From: the human T2T-CHM13v2.0 reference genome, Homo sapiens
Length of the DNA: 64,000 nucleotides
Reading direction: 5' to 3' (one strand)
NCBI RefSeq assembly: GCF_009914755.1
Contig: NC_060932.1
The notes under the pieces are model-generated. The model worked only from the letters and a program-made list of their open reading frames with translations. It had not been told where the DNA came from and made no database searches. Positions 1 to 13,206 of the stretch are shown here, one piece after another. A program made the translations under genes and the position numbers. Numbering within the stretch: the first letter of the stretch is position 1; the number at the start of each line of letters is the position of its first letter.

Positions 1-370
1 TATTCTGTACTTTTATGAGTTCAGTGTTTTTAGATTTTACATGTAGTGAAATCATACTCAGAAAACCAAAATATAACAACCATATGATCCAGCAATGCTA
101 GTTTTGGGTACATATCCAAAGGAATTAAAATCACTCTGCCCAAAGTATACATACTCCCATATTTATTGCAGCATTATTCACAATAACTAAGACACAACAG
201 CAACCTGTTTATCATCAGATAAATAGACAAGAATATGTGGTATATATGAACAATGAAATACTATTTAATCTTAAGAAAAAAATAAAATTCTATCATTTGC
301 AGCACCATCAATAAACCTAGGAGACACTATTTTAAGTGAAATAAGCCAGGCACAGAAATACAAATACTCA
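1..370. mobile_element. L1MA/L1MB-type LINE-1 3' portion with 5' inversion (1-~58 minus strand, ~59-370 plus strand); runs off the left edge
   Basis: 59-370 reads as plus-strand L1 ORF2 end/3'UTR (catatgatccagcaat...aagtgaaataagccaggcacagaaa..caaatact). The reverse complement of 1-58 (gtatgatttcact..aatctaaaaa..gaactcata) is the next stretch of the same consensus. Confidence 0.8.
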
Positions 371-2390
371 TTGTCTTTTGATAGAATAATTTAGTTAAAT
401 TTAAAGTAATTATTGAACGTAAGGATTTACTATTGCCATTTTACAACTGTTTTTTGACCATCTTATAGATTATTTGTTTCATTCTTTTCCTTTTTCTGTC
501 TTTTTTTTGTGATGATGTTTGTAGTGGTATGCTTTGATTCTTTTTATGTGTTGCGTATCTGCTGCAGGATTTTTCTTTGTAGTTATTATGTGGCTTCCAT
601 AAAACATCTTATCATTATAAGAGTTTATTTTAAACTGAGAACAATTTAACTTTGGCGACATACAAAAACTCTACATTTTTAACCTGTTTTCCCTCTCATT
701 TTATGTTATTGACATCACAATGTACATTTTTTAAATAGTATGTACACATTACCAAGTTATTTTAGCTATAGTAATTATTAATTCTTTGTCTTCTAACTTC
801 TATTACAATTAAATGTGATTTACTCACCATCCTCATAGTATTATCATATTATGTATTTCATCATATTATTACCAAACAGCTAATTTTATACACCTTAATA
901 TGTTTTCATGTTGTCATCATCCTTTCCTTTCCACTTGAAGAACTCTCCTTAACAGTTCTTGTATGGCAGACCTGTGGTGATAAACTTCCTCAGCTTTTGC
1001 TTGCCTAGGAAAGTCTTTATCTTCCCTTCATTTCTGAAGGAAAGCATTCCTGGATATAGTGTTTCTGGTTGACAGTCTGCATGTTTGTTTTAATTTTAGC
1101 ACTTCCAATATGTTGACACACTCTTGGCCTTCAAGGTATCTAATGAGAAATCTATTCATATTCTTTTGATGGTTCCTTAGTATATGACAGGTCCCCTTTC
1201 TCTTGTTGCTTTCAGAAGTCTCTCTTTGTCGTTGACTATTGAGAATTTGATTGTAATATCTCTCAATGAATATCTCTTTATGTCTAATATATCTGTGGTT
1301 CTTTGGGCTCCATGGATCTGGATATTCATTTCCTTCTCCAGATTTGGAATTTTTTGTCATTATTTGTTGAAATAATCTTTCTATTCCTTTCTCTTTCTCT
1401 TTCTCTTTCTCTGATCCTCTGACAATCCCAAATTGCATAGGTTGGTTTGCTTGATGGGTTCCCGTGAGTCCTATAGGGGTTTTATGAGTCTTTTTAATTC
1501 TTCTTCTGACTGGGTAATTTCAAATGATCTGTCTTCAAGCTTGCTTGTTCTTTCTTTTCCTTGATTGAGTCTACTGAATTCTTCTGCTCCGTAATTGTGC
1601 TCTTCATCTCCACAATTTCTGTTTATCTCTTTTAATGATTTCTTTCTCTTTGTTGAACTTCAAATTTTGTTCACATATTGTCTTCTTGATTATATTTAGT
1701 TGCCTACCTGTGTTCTATTGTAACTCACTGAAATTCTTTAAGAGGACGATTTTGTCAGGTAGTTTGTAGATCTTCATTTATTCAGGGTCAGTTATTGGTA
1801 CTTTATTTTCGTCCTTTGGTGGTATGAAATTTTCCTGATTATATTCATGATCCTGCTGAACTTGATCTGGTGTCTGCCTATTTGAAAAAGTTGGTGTTTC
1901 TCCCTGTCTTTACAGATTGCCTTTTTATCACCAGTCAGACTCTACATGTATTCAGAATTATCTGGCCATGGGGGTTCATGGGAAGGGTGACCTGGAACTT
2001 GGAGTAATAGGTGAGTGGGCCTACAGCCAGAGTCCACAGGGACCAATCTGCTGTATTTTTCTGCAGGGGTGGGCCTACAGTTTGTGTTAATGGGGCAGGC
2101 CTGGAACCTAGGTCCTTTGGGGTATGCCTGTTGCCTTCTACCATGTGCAGCAGACCTGAGTCCTAGATCCAGGGGCAAGGGTGGGAGGAAGCCTGGAACT
2201 TGGGTCCATGGGGATTAAGTAAGTGCTAGGGTGAGCTTGTAACCTGGAGCTGCAGAGGCCGGCCTGGAGCTGGGTCTTCAGGTGCCAGCATGGTGCTTGG
2301 GATCATAAGGACTGACTTGGGTCCTGGAGCCACAGGTATCACTTGGCATCAGAGTTTCCTGCAGCAGACCTTGTGCTGGGGTCTGTGACA
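371..2390 (-). mobile_element. Old L1M: inter-ORF region, decayed ORF1 and GC-richer 5'UTR
   Basis: Typical antisense L1M text (tttaaagtaattattga..aaggatttactattgccatttt; ttcctcagcttttgcttg..aagtctttatct). ORF 1028-1438 contains the ORF1p-like stretch EKEKGIERLFQQIMTKN. Confidence 0.8.
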
Positions 2391-2393
2391 AAG

Positions 2394-2502
2394 ACACACA
2401 CACACACAAATACATATGCACACAATCACATTATATATATATATGTGTGTGTATGTGTGTGTGTGTGTATATATATCTGTATAATTCTGTGTGCATGTGT
2501 GT
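2394..2502. repeat. Compound (CA)n/(TA)n/(TG)n microsatellite
   Basis: Directly visible dinucleotide runs. Confidence 0.9.
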
Positions 2503-2779
2503 GCTTATTTCTATATACTTGAAAGTCCTGTCCAATATTGCAAATGAAATTACTATAGAGATAGTTTTAATTGGTTTCTCTAGGGTAAAAAAATAATGCT
2601 GATTTTTATTTTTATTTTTCGACTTCATGTCATAAGTATTCAGTTGTATTCCTCAGGTCACAGTACATTATTTACCGGTACCAAACACCACTCTTATGTC
2701 ATTTATTTATTACCTTTGTCCACATTCTCTACTGAAATTTCTCTCTCTCACATCATAACAATTATAGTCATGGAAATTC

Positions 2780-3300
2780 ATTTGCAGTTTATTTTTATCC
2801 TACTAGTAATAGCTATTTTGCTCCTCAAAATCATCAGTGATTCTGCCATGGACATGTTGGTAGTGTTCTCATGGATCTTTGTGAAAAGTTTTTTGGGATG
2901 TGGATGTAAGAAGAGAATCACCTGACAAGTGCAGCAGAATAGTCCTCAGTATATTCTCCGAGGTCGTATGTGCGGGTTCACTATACCCAAATCTTATTCT
3001 ACACTTGGCATTATCTAGTCATTATCTTTTGTTTTTCAGAAGTTCAGTAGGTATAGTATATCATTTGTGTTATTTTATTTTTGCTTTTATTTTAGCACAT
3101 GATTTTGAAATTTCTTATTATATGTTTAACTTTGGAGATTTTAACTTCTATCAATTGTTTTTTTCATCTTTTTTGCACTCCTATCCTTGTCCATTTGTGG
3201 ATCATTTTCTGTGTATTACTTTGTATATGTTTTAATCACATTTCAGTTTTAGATAATGAAAATATCATTTGTTACTGCATCTCTATTGTTGTATAATTTA
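2780..3300 (-). mobile_element. Highly decayed L1ME-type fragment
   Basis: T-rich antisense ORF2 3'-like text (cacttggcattatc..; ttgtccatttgtgg..ttgtatatgttt). Confidence 0.4.
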
Positions 3301-5699
3301 TTATTGCATATAGTAGGTATACATTAAGTTTTATTAATAGAATAATAAATTAATAAATTATACCATATACTAGACACTCCATATTTGTGCTGAACTAAAC
3401 TTAACTCAAAGAATGTACTGATATATTTGGCTATTTTCCATTTGACTCAAATTTTAATACATATTCAACTATCTAAATGTCTATTCGTAGGTCTGAGTTT
3501 ATTCATAATTGGATCATTCTCTCACTTGGGTACATAAAATTGAGAATTACCTAACATAATTCAAATAGCTACTTAAAGAATGTCTTCTGGTTTTCAGAAA
3601 TAATGACCAATTTGTCAAATAATTTTTTAAAACATATCATAATATTCATGTCAAAGAGTGTGACATTGGGTAATTTGCTATCCTGAAGATTTTTTCCTCT
3701 GCAAAATGAAGATATTGCTAACCCCAAAGGGTTTCTGAGATGTTTAAATTAAAAAACAATGCGTGAATGACCTATTTCTGTGCCTGATGCAAACTGTTTA
3801 AAAATACTGCATCCATTTTCCCCTTCAAAGTAAATAACAGACAAACGCTTCATTTCTTAGCTAGTTTGTGGTATCTAAATTTAATAATCAAATAAAGGCA
3901 ATGGTTTCTTTAACATTTCAATTCTCTCAGTGGGAGTTGAACAGTGTTAATAGATTTTTCTAGCAATAAAATAAGTCTGTACCAAAGTCATTCGTGGTTC
4001 CTTATTCAATTATTTAAGTTGTGCTTGGTTTCTAGGAATCATAGGGTTAGGATACTGGGAAAAGTTCTTCTCTCAATTGATTGCCCTTTACGATCACATA
4101 ATTCACAGTGACAGGGAAAAATTTATTGGAAGTAAAATGCAGAGATTTAATCAGCATATTCTCCAAGGCAGCCATGTACTCAAAATCCTTCAGGAGGCTC
4201 ATACCCTATAATGCACACATAAAGTAAATGTAGCCAACATTTCCAATTATTAGTAACTGAGAGTATATGCAAAATAATACTCTTATTCCCATTAGCTGAA
4301 TGTTGTACTTGGTATTACTTCAGTGATTAAGTGCCCCTTTCTGTGGTGCTCAGTCCCAGAAAATGATTATGAATTATATTTGGGTTTCGATCATGACTTT
4401 AATTTTACAAACTTTGTGACGTGGGCAAATTATTTTGCCTCTTTAATAACTTCTAGAGTTTTATGAATTAAGTAAAGTGATGCAAATTTCTTAGCTCAGA
4501 GCATCAAATACTTCGCTTATGCATCCTTAGATCTAGACTTAGATAGAAAATCTTCATAGTGCCTACTAAGTGCTAGAAACTTTATAAAAACATGACGACC
4601 CTATAAAGGAGATAATATTTTTAAAAAATATTTTAGAGGTCTGAAAACTGAAACTAGAAATTAAGTAATAATTCCAAGATTATCTGAGTAGTTACTAGAT
4701 ACACATTTTTCCCTTGGGTTAATATTCAGCCTCACCCTGCCTGGTAGTGCCAGCCACTGAACAGCCCCTCAGAGACAGCCTAATCTTTTGCTGATGCCTA
4801 CAGAAATAACAGTTCTGACTGGATGCACCCAAACTCTGTCATGTGGGTTCTGCCTGGCTCAGGACTTCCTGGAGAGACCTACACTATCTGCGTCATCTTA
4901 TACTAGCATGTGTCCTCAAGTAGAACCTATCTAGAATGACTAAAGTCTCCTTCCATGCCACGTGGGGCCCAGCAGAGCTGAGATAAGCATTGTCCTAACC
5001 TTTTCCCAGACTCTTACCAAGAGCCATTTTGACCTTGCTGGCAGCCTCATATCTTCTGTTTTCTGTGCACCAGAAGTGGGTACCAGCCTTTTTGTGCAAA
5101 TACACTCCTATACTTGAGGAAATTATGTCCAACTCGTCCAAAAGCTCTCATGTTTGCTAATAAGAAAGCAGCACTAGGTTGGACTGTGACTATCTGCAGC
5201 CCAGGAAGCTGCCTGTGAAGATTCCCATCACATCCTGCGTGTACATCTAATTACTCTCTACTAAGGAGCGTCTTCACCCCCAGAGTTTGTAGGGCAGGTC
5301 CAAGGTACATCATTTACAAGGAATACGGCATCACCCAAAGGATTGTGTTACTTTCACTCTCCTTCCCATTAACCTCTTCTTAAACTTGGGGGAAGGAATA
5401 GGAATGATGGCCAGTTCTGCTACCTCCTAGTTTTCTTTCAGGGAATTGTTGTCCAGCTGGTAGTTTCTGTAGAAAATGAGTGTTTTAAGTTCTTGTTTCT
5501 AACATGAGGTCTTAGTGAAACACCAGAAAAAAAAATTAAAAATTCACCTAACATTCTTTTACATGTTTGTATATACATACATATGTAAACATATAAATAT
5601 ACAACAGATATATGTTTAAATTCTTCTCTCCAGCTCCTAAACTATGGACCCAGCATATTTTAGCTAACTCGTTAATTAAATTGGTAAATGTAAACGAAC

Positions 5700-5935
5700 A
5701 TTTTTTTGAGTCTTCTATGTTTCTGTTTTATATTTGTCGTCTCATTTAATCCTTATAGTAACCCCGAGAGATAGAAATTACCACCCATATGCATATGAAG
5801 TAAGGAAAATGAGATTTTCTTTTGCAAATTGTCTTTTATTTATCACACTTCTCAACCCTCTAAGAGTACAGAGAGTAAAACTGTGGCTCACGGAGATTAC
5901 AGAAGTTGCTCAACACTGCATGAATTATAATTGAA
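5700..5935 (-). mobile_element. MIR fragments
   Basis: tctcatttaatcctta..aaccc and acagagagtaaaactgtggctcacggag match the MIR core. Confidence 0.6.
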
Positions 5936-6654
5936 ACAGATTAAGAAATAGGAAAATGACTGTGAGAAATGTCACTTATGACTGGAAAACCAGCTTATGA
6001 ATGAAAATCCCCCTTTTTTGCCCTCCGTTATTTATCACTCTTCTACAGGTAGCCAGTAATGAACACAGCAGAAGTTGGCTGCAGCTGTCAACCACGCAGC
6101 CCTCCTTCAGATTAAGGCAATGTCTGCGTGTTCTGAATTACCTACCTTAGTGAGCACTGGTGGCCCATCAAAATTCCACCCACCAGATGCCAAACAGATT
6201 CATAATATGCAAATGACTGCTTGTGGCATCAAGTTCATCAAATTGATTCTGGAACTCCAAGCACCGTAGGGGGATGGTGGGACACATGCTTCCTCCTTAA
6301 AACAGAAGTCATTTCTTTTAAGAGCAGAGAGGTGCTGGTTGCGTCACTTGAGGCGTCTGCAATAATTCTTTCACTTCTATATTCCTGAGCCCTTAACAAG
6401 ATTCATCTATGCCAACATGTGCTTGGCATCCATTGCTCTGGCATCTAGAGGATAGTTTAACAACAGAAAAATAACAAACTATGAGGAAATGGGTGTAATA
6501 CTTTTATAGCTGAGGCTGAACTCAAGCGTGAATAAAACGGCTTCTAAACTCAGCCTGCTCCATAACTGCCCTTCATTGATTTTGATTGATTAAAATGCAA
6601 TTGTATTAATCAGTAATGGAAGATCGTTCCATATGTTTAATCGCTCTTTGTTGG

Positions 6655-6691
6655 TTTGTGTGTGTGTGTGTGTCTATGTGTGTTTGTGTGT
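6655..6691. repeat. (TG)n microsatellite, imperfect
   Basis: Visible TG run. Confidence 0.9.
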
Positions 6692-6692
6692 A

Positions 6693-7033
6693 CTGTCACG
6701 CACTGCACAATCCTGCATAACTACATTTTGGTCAACTACAGACTGTATGCATCATAGTTGTCCCATAATATCATAATACATTATTTTCCTGTACCTTTTC
6801 TGTGTTTAGATACGTTTAGAAACACAAACACTTACGATTGTGTTATAATTGACTACAGTCTGCTGCACAGGTCTGTTGCCTAGGAGCAATCGGCTTCAGT
6901 ATGTATCCTAGGTGTGTTGGAGTCTGTTCCATCTAAGTTCTGTAAGTACACTCTGTGTGGCTCGCACAATGATGACATCGCCTAATGGTGCATTTCTCAG
7001 AATATATCCTAGTGGCTAAGTGTCACATGACTG
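6693..7033 (+). mobile_element. Tigger3a (MER7A) TcMar-Tigger non-autonomous DNA transposon, near full length
   Basis: Ends ctgtcacg...catgactg flanked by TA at 6691-6692 and 7034-7035. The internal gtaccttttctgtgtttagatacgtttaga..cctaggagcaat..catttctcagaatatatcc matches Tigger3a. Confidence 0.9.
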
Positions 7034-7104
7034 TAAACATTGCCAAGATTTTTTTAAATAGAAAAAGAAAAGGGAGAAAAAAGAATATTGGCTAGGTTCT
7101 TGTT

Positions 7105-7520
7105 AGGAAACATGTTGCCCCCAATTATAATTGTAGTGAGAACTCAATGGAGAAGCTATTTTCAGAGGCAGGCAGAGTGAGGGAAGCAATTCTGGATTGT
7201 TGTGGTTCGCAGGGACCGCAGGAATGGGAAGACATCTGTTGAATGCCCCTATGTTGGAAGCACCAAGCTGAATAGTTTTCCTGGTGAGCAAGGTCACCTG
7301 GAACCCTGGACGAGAAGGACTCAGAACGAACGCAATATCCTAGGGAAGGGAGAGGTAAAGAGTTCTCCAAACTCTCCTTTCACCAACCCTCAGGCCTCCT
7401 GCCATTACTTCTGACTGACTGAGACCAACTGGAGCAGGCAAAGAGGACAAGCGAGGCAGTGACTTGGACCAGGCCCAGTGGAGACACAGCACAGTGTAAA
7501 ACAAGGCCAGAGAAATCTAG
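7105..7520. mobile_element. Probable ancient MaLR LTR (MLT1M/N-like)
   Basis: General resemblance only; purine-rich block similar in layout to 9550-9940. Confidence 0.35.
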
Positions 7521-7869
7521 GCATGGAAAAACGGGAGACAGATGAAGTACCATGTGCCTGGTGCTTTACACAATTTGTCAATATGAACCTTATTTGCCGA
7601 AATCAGATGGCAATATTAATATCTGCTTCACAGGATGGCTAGCAGGTTTAAAACCAGTGACCCATTTTTCTCTGAAGTCGTAGAACAAGTAATTAAAAGT
7701 GAGATTTGAAATTAACATATATGAGAAATCCCATTTCCCTTCCCTTTTGAATGAAGTGCCAGTAATAGTTATCCTATGTTTGCCTCACCATGGAATATTT
7801 GGTATGTGGGGAGAACATTGAGAGTGTGTCGTCTGATTTTCATTGAGTTAACTGAAAGCTAAAATAAAA

Positions 7870-9420
7870 TATTGGTACTCTTCAGAAAAGCGATGTAATT
7901 AAAGTCTCTGTAATACGTCATTCATGCTATGAAGAATACAATCCAAAATTACACAAAATAAGAAAAAATGACAATTTAAGCCATATTTGTACCTACCTCA
8001 AGCAAGGTTCAGATATTGTAACAAGCAGAAAAGTGATTCTAAAGTAGTTGTTATGAATATAATCATAACTGTAAAGAAAAATATGCTCATAAAGAATGAA
8101 AAAATAGAAACTTTCAGAGTTAAATAGAAACTATAAGAAAAATCAAGTGAAAATTCTAGAATAAAAATTAATTTCAATTAAACAATAATGTGTGCACTTA
8201 ATAGCAAAATGGACATGGCAGAAGAGTTGATACATTTGACAATAGCTTAATGAAAATATATAGCTTGAAAAATATAGAGAAAAAATGGTGTTAAGATATG
8301 AACAGAACTTCAAGAAACTCTGTGACCTCTAAAGGGCTGACGTAACAATTGGGACCCTAGAAGGAGAGTAAAATGAAAAGGGGACATAAAAGTATTGAAG
8401 CTGTGGTCCCAGCTACTCGTAGGCTGAGGTGGTAGGATCCCTTGAACCCAGGAGGCAGACGTTATGGTGAGCCAAATTACACCACTGCACCCCAGTCTGG
8501 GCAATAGACCAAAGCCCTGTCTGAAAAAGTGTTAGGATACAAGAAATGATAATTAAATATTACCAAAATTTGAAGATAACATAAATTTTCAGCTTCAAGA
8601 AGGTAAATAAGTTATAAGCAGGATAAATAGAAAGAAAACATGACTGAAGCAATGTTACAGTTAAACTGCTGAAAACTAAGTATAGCAAGAGAATTGTGAA
8701 TGCCACAGAGACAAGTAACATGTTCCACGGAGTTGGGGCAATATCAGTGACTGCTGGTTTCTCATCAGAAACAACAGGACCATAACTTCAAAGTCCTAAA
8801 AGAAAAACAAAATGAGAGCTTCCTACACAGAATTCTGTTTCATAGAAAACATTATTCAAGGATGAAGGCAAAATAAAGCATTTTCAGTCGATGAAAACCA
8901 AGAGAAACTGCTTGTGAGCAGGCTTTCAATGTAAGAAACATAAACGCGGCTCTTCTGGCCGAAGGGAAAGAATTTAAGTTGGATTATGATCTTTAGGCTG
9001 AGTTAAAGAGCCCTGAAAATAATGACTATAAAGGCAACTATATGAGAAAATTTCCCCTCTTAATTTATTTAATATACAAATAATTAAACATTCTAACACT
9101 ACATCATGGGATGATGGCACACGTGGATTTATTTTATATATATATAATGATTCTAGTTTAAAGGACAGACCCGCGGGTAGGAAACATACTGCTGAAGATT
9201 TTTCTACTTCATGTGTGGGAAAAGTTATGTTTTGTGTATGGTAAAATATTAACTCTAAGTATTCTGTGAAAAGTAAGACTGTATATTGACCTCTAGAGTG
9301 ACTACAAAAAAAATACAAGAAGTTATAGTTAAAAAGAGAATACATAAAACAAAATGGAAATTTTAAAAGCATTCAAATAATACAAAAGAATTCAGGAAGG
9401 AAAAATGAAATGAGAAGGAG
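7870..9420 (+). mobile_element. Old L1ME-type ORF1 and inter-ORF remnant, interrupted by an Alu arm
   Basis: A-rich sense L1 text (gtgaaaattctagaataaaaa; ttaaactgctgaaaac; tttctcatcagaaacaac; acacagaattctgtttc..ttcaaggatgaagg). Confidence 0.75.
8401..8528 (+). mobile_element. Alu right arm only (AluJ/FRAM-like)
   Basis: ctgtggtcccagctactc..ggctgaggtgg..cttgaacccaggaggc..ccactgcac..ctgggcaa..ccctgtct-A. Confidence 0.9.
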
Positions 9421-9549
9421 CAATGATTTAGTATTTCAGCCTGTGACCTGAGCTCCTGGACTGTCCCATGAGACTGGCCCACTGCTCTTTCCCTTGATTT
9501 CATGGAAGACACCTGCAGGCTGTCTAAAGGACTGCTTGGTTTCAAGATT

Positions 9550-9940
9550 CCGGCTGGAAACTGATGGCAAACTCAGCAGGGTAATTGAAGAGATCCTAAG
9601 GGGCTTTACAGAGATATGGGTAGGAAGGAGATGAAGTATCCAGGGAGTCAGAATAGCAGAATGTTACTCTTTGAGAACTGCAGGTCCAGAAAGGAACTTT
9701 TACCAGAACAGGAGAGAGTAGAATCTCCAGGGAAGAGGTTGTCCAACAGGAGAAAGAATACAGCAACTATTGAACACCTTGATCTCTTTATTCTCTTGCC
9801 CTAAAGTCCACTGCTTCTTTCCCATTGGTCAAATAGGAGCCAAAGGGAGAAGAAAATTGTGATGGTGCCCTTGGTAGGGGTAAGTTTTCTAGGGCGAAGA
9901 GAAGGGCAGAGAAAGCATAGAGTAGACTTGAAGGAGAAAA
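9550..9940. mobile_element. Ancient MaLR LTR (MLT1N/M-like)
   Basis: ggaaactgatggcaaactca..gggtaattgaagag; cccattggtcaaa..ggagccaaaggg; agaagggcagagaaag..gtagacttgaagg. Confidence 0.5.
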
Positions 9941-10856
9941 AGGAACTTTCCTCTGTGCTCTGGGCTAACTCCTATGATCTTATTTAGATTCATAGTGCAA
10001 GGCTCTCGAGAAGGAAGCTGATAAACTTATCTCCTATTGTTTGATGTATAGCAGTAATTAGTTTTTCTAATCCTAGGAGACCCGAAATTTCTGGGCACTT
10101 AAATACTTTACATTGAAAAGAGAGATGGAATGGAATACAAGTCTATTAAAGACTTTTCTCAGCCTGAAGTCTGCAAACTTGCTAATATTTGCCTATGTTT
10201 AATTTTATTTCAGTTCTTTCCTGAACACTTCAAAGAGTAGCCCATATACATCATGTTCTACGTTTTTCTAATTTCTTTCCTAAAGGCAAAACCTTGGATG
10301 GCAAGGGCTGCTTGACCATTTATTGTAGCTAGCAGTTTTACCAAACGTTTCAGCATGACTTCATTTTCAGTCTCAACATTATTATTCACATTCTTATTCC
10401 TTCTCTTCCTGATTACTTCACCAATTATCCCACCAAGCACTGAACCAGCTCTAGTATTAACGACTCTACACTAAGGGCTATGCAGATGCAATTTAATTTT
10501 ATAGGAGATATGAGGATTAATTTAGCTATTGTATTAGAAACAAGTACATAAGTGAAACTGGATATAGAGATAAAGCTATGATTTTTAAAAAATACAATGT
10601 AGAGTAAATATGTGACCCTTATATAAAAAATTACAGTCCTGCTGAATAAAGAGAAATAAACCTATGGTTTCTGAATAGCAATGTGAAAGGTGTTTATTTC
10701 CAGTGCACACAGTTCTACTCCGCTGGAGCATTCATGAGGATCAAAATGTGATGAGGATATTTACATTTAAGGAGTGACAAAAGTAGAATAAAGAAAATCC
10801 AGGGATACTACTATGAGTTGATAAGCTTTGAGTACATTTTTGAGGCTAATTTCTTT

Positions 10857-11330
10857 CTATTTGTAATTTTAATTTTTATTTATTTATTTTTTTAAAATTA
10901 TACTTTAAGTTCTAGGGTACGTGTGCACAACGTACAGGTTCGTTACATATGTATATATGTGCCATATTGGTGTGCTGCACCCGTTAACTCGTCATTTATA
11001 TTAGGTATATCTCCTAATGCTATCCCTACCCCCTCCCCCCACCCAAAGACAGTCCCCGGTGTGTGATGTTCCCCATCCCATGTCTAAGTGTTCTCATTGT
11101 TCAGTTCCCACCTATGAGTGAGAACATGCGGTGTTTGGTTTTCTGTCCTTGCGATGGTTTGCTCAGAATGATGGCTTCCAGCTTCATCCATGTCCCTAAA
11201 AAGGACATGAACTCATCATTTTTTATGGCTGCATAGTATTCCATGGTGTATATGTGCCACATTTTCTTAATCCAGTCTATCGTTGTTGGACATTTGGGTT
11301 GGTTCCAAGTCTTTGCTATCGTGAATAGTG
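10857..11330 (-). mobile_element. 5'-truncated L1PA (about L1PA4-5) with perfect 19-bp TSD
   Basis: T-rich tail, then ttatactttaagttctagggtac..., close to the L1PA 3'UTR consensus. TSD ttttgaggctaatttcttt at 10838-10856 and 11331-11349. Confidence 0.97.
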
Positions 11331-11869
11331 TTTTGAGGCTAATTTCTTTAATTTTGAAATCAGAAGCTTATGGGCACATAGGAATCACACGCACACTGAA
11401 AGGAATCTGAGATATGAATTGACCACCAGAGAGCTGTAGACACATCAGTTTCTAAACTAATATTGAATAATGTCTTCTTCTTATAGCTGACTCCTAAAAA
11501 TTAGCATAATAAGTAATACTTTTTGATATATTTTCTACTAATATCTGTTACTTTTCCAATGTATACATATTAAAATTTTGTTCTACTTTCTGTAAAGTTC
11601 AGGTACATTGGATATTTTTTGATAATGGTAAGATCATTGAAAACAGGGTCCAAGAGCTTTGGGCTACTTTGTTGTTTTACTTTCTATAAGTGGAATGAAA
11701 TTGGATGGTTATTAGAGACTTAAAACGTTATTCTATCAAGCAAAACAATTTGACTGTATATTTTTGGCAGATTCGTACGCGGTCCCTGTATGTGCCATGC
11801 ATTGTGCTGGGCACCGAGTTCTGGAAAAGAGCCAAAGATCTCCTCTGTGTGTTGGCCTCTGGGTTATTT

Positions 11870-12350
11870 ATTTCCTCATACTAGGTGAACACCCATTCTA
11901 AAGCCTGTAGGCGCCAAACTTAAATTTGCACGTCCAGTTGTTTTAAACATAGCCCAAAGAAGTAGATGTTTAGCTACTTAGAACCTACCTACTTGGTATT
12001 CCTCACAAAACTACCCCCAACTTACAGGCCTAGATGCGATAAACCCTTTTGCTATAAGGACCTCAAGCCTCTGCTGTGCTTCAACGCTGTCTAATCAAGA
12101 GAGTCTTTTCCATGGTGCCGAACCACATCATCTAGACATTGAGCCCCTCTCCAGTCCTTCTCTCCTCCAGGAGCTGCCTTGCTCTCTTTATGGTTCATGC
12201 CAACTCAGCTGGCCACACTGTAGCCTCCGGATCGGGTCCTTCCCAGAGGGACCTCCACTGTGCAAACCTGTCAAAGCAGCTCTCAAAAAGCTGTGCACAC
12301 TACTAACACCTTGTGGTCCTATATTTTCCCTCTAACTCCCTACATACGGG
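11870..12350 (+). mobile_element. Probable ERVL-class LTR (MER74-like)
   Basis: tctaaagcctgtaggcgccaaacttaaatt..atagcccaaa..tttagc recalls MER73/MER74-type LTRs. Confidence 0.45.
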
Positions 12351-13206
12351 TGACATGAAGATAAATATTACACGATTACAGAGTCTGGTGAGAGGGTTGG
12401 AGTGATGGGAGTTTGTGGATCTGCCTCTGAATCTTGGAGTGACTCACAATCTGGAATTGAACCTAAGAGGTGACACTCCGGTTATATGAGTTGGCTTGTG
12501 GTTAGAATGGGGCTTGAGGAAAGCTGAATATGTATGTAAGGGGTTGCAAAAAGAAAGATACAAAGAATAGAATGACTCAGGGTAAAGCCGGGATATTAAA
12601 ATGAATTTGCTGTGTCTGCAGAATATGGAGGGGACTGAGAAAGTACCATACAGAGAAAGCAAAAATGACATGAGATGCAACTTATTTTAAGATTTCAAAC
12701 AACCATAAAAGTTATTTAAAAGAGTAAACCATTGAGCCAATTAAAAACATTATGTAAAAATAAAATATTCTGACGGGAAAAAGAATACTAGCAGGATTAA
12801 GATGCGCTAAGATCGTAGTTGTCAAAGCTTAAACCTATAATCAGTAATTACGGCATCTCAAAGCCTATGTTATCAGTGAGGAGCCAGGCAGTAAAGGTTT
12901 CCTTTCTCACTGCTGCCACCCATGTGTGTACAATTAGAGAACTTTTGACGTATTATAATTAATTGTTTACACTGTCTTCTCAGAGATACAATGAGACCTT
13001 CAATAACTGGAACATTGTCTTATTTCTCTTCGGATACTTCTAAGTTCAGCAGATATTTATGTTAATAAATAAACCCACATACACGTTTGATTTGCGTATA
13101 CCCTTTTAACATATTCATGTAAGGTGTACTCTAACCCCCGCTTCTCCGAGTTTCAGCAAAGTAGGTAAGTTACTCTGAGATAAGAATACAGTTAAAACTT
13201 CACTGA

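Noticed and set aside
1028-1438. 136-aa ORF
   Set aside because: It is a frameshifted L1 ORF1 remnant with a (CTTTCT)n expansion.
4720-5530. GC-richer blocks that may be old LTRs (also about 33250-33570, 54880-55270, 56700-56930, 60080-60380)
   Set aside because: I could not match termini, TSDs or a consensus with enough confidence to list them.
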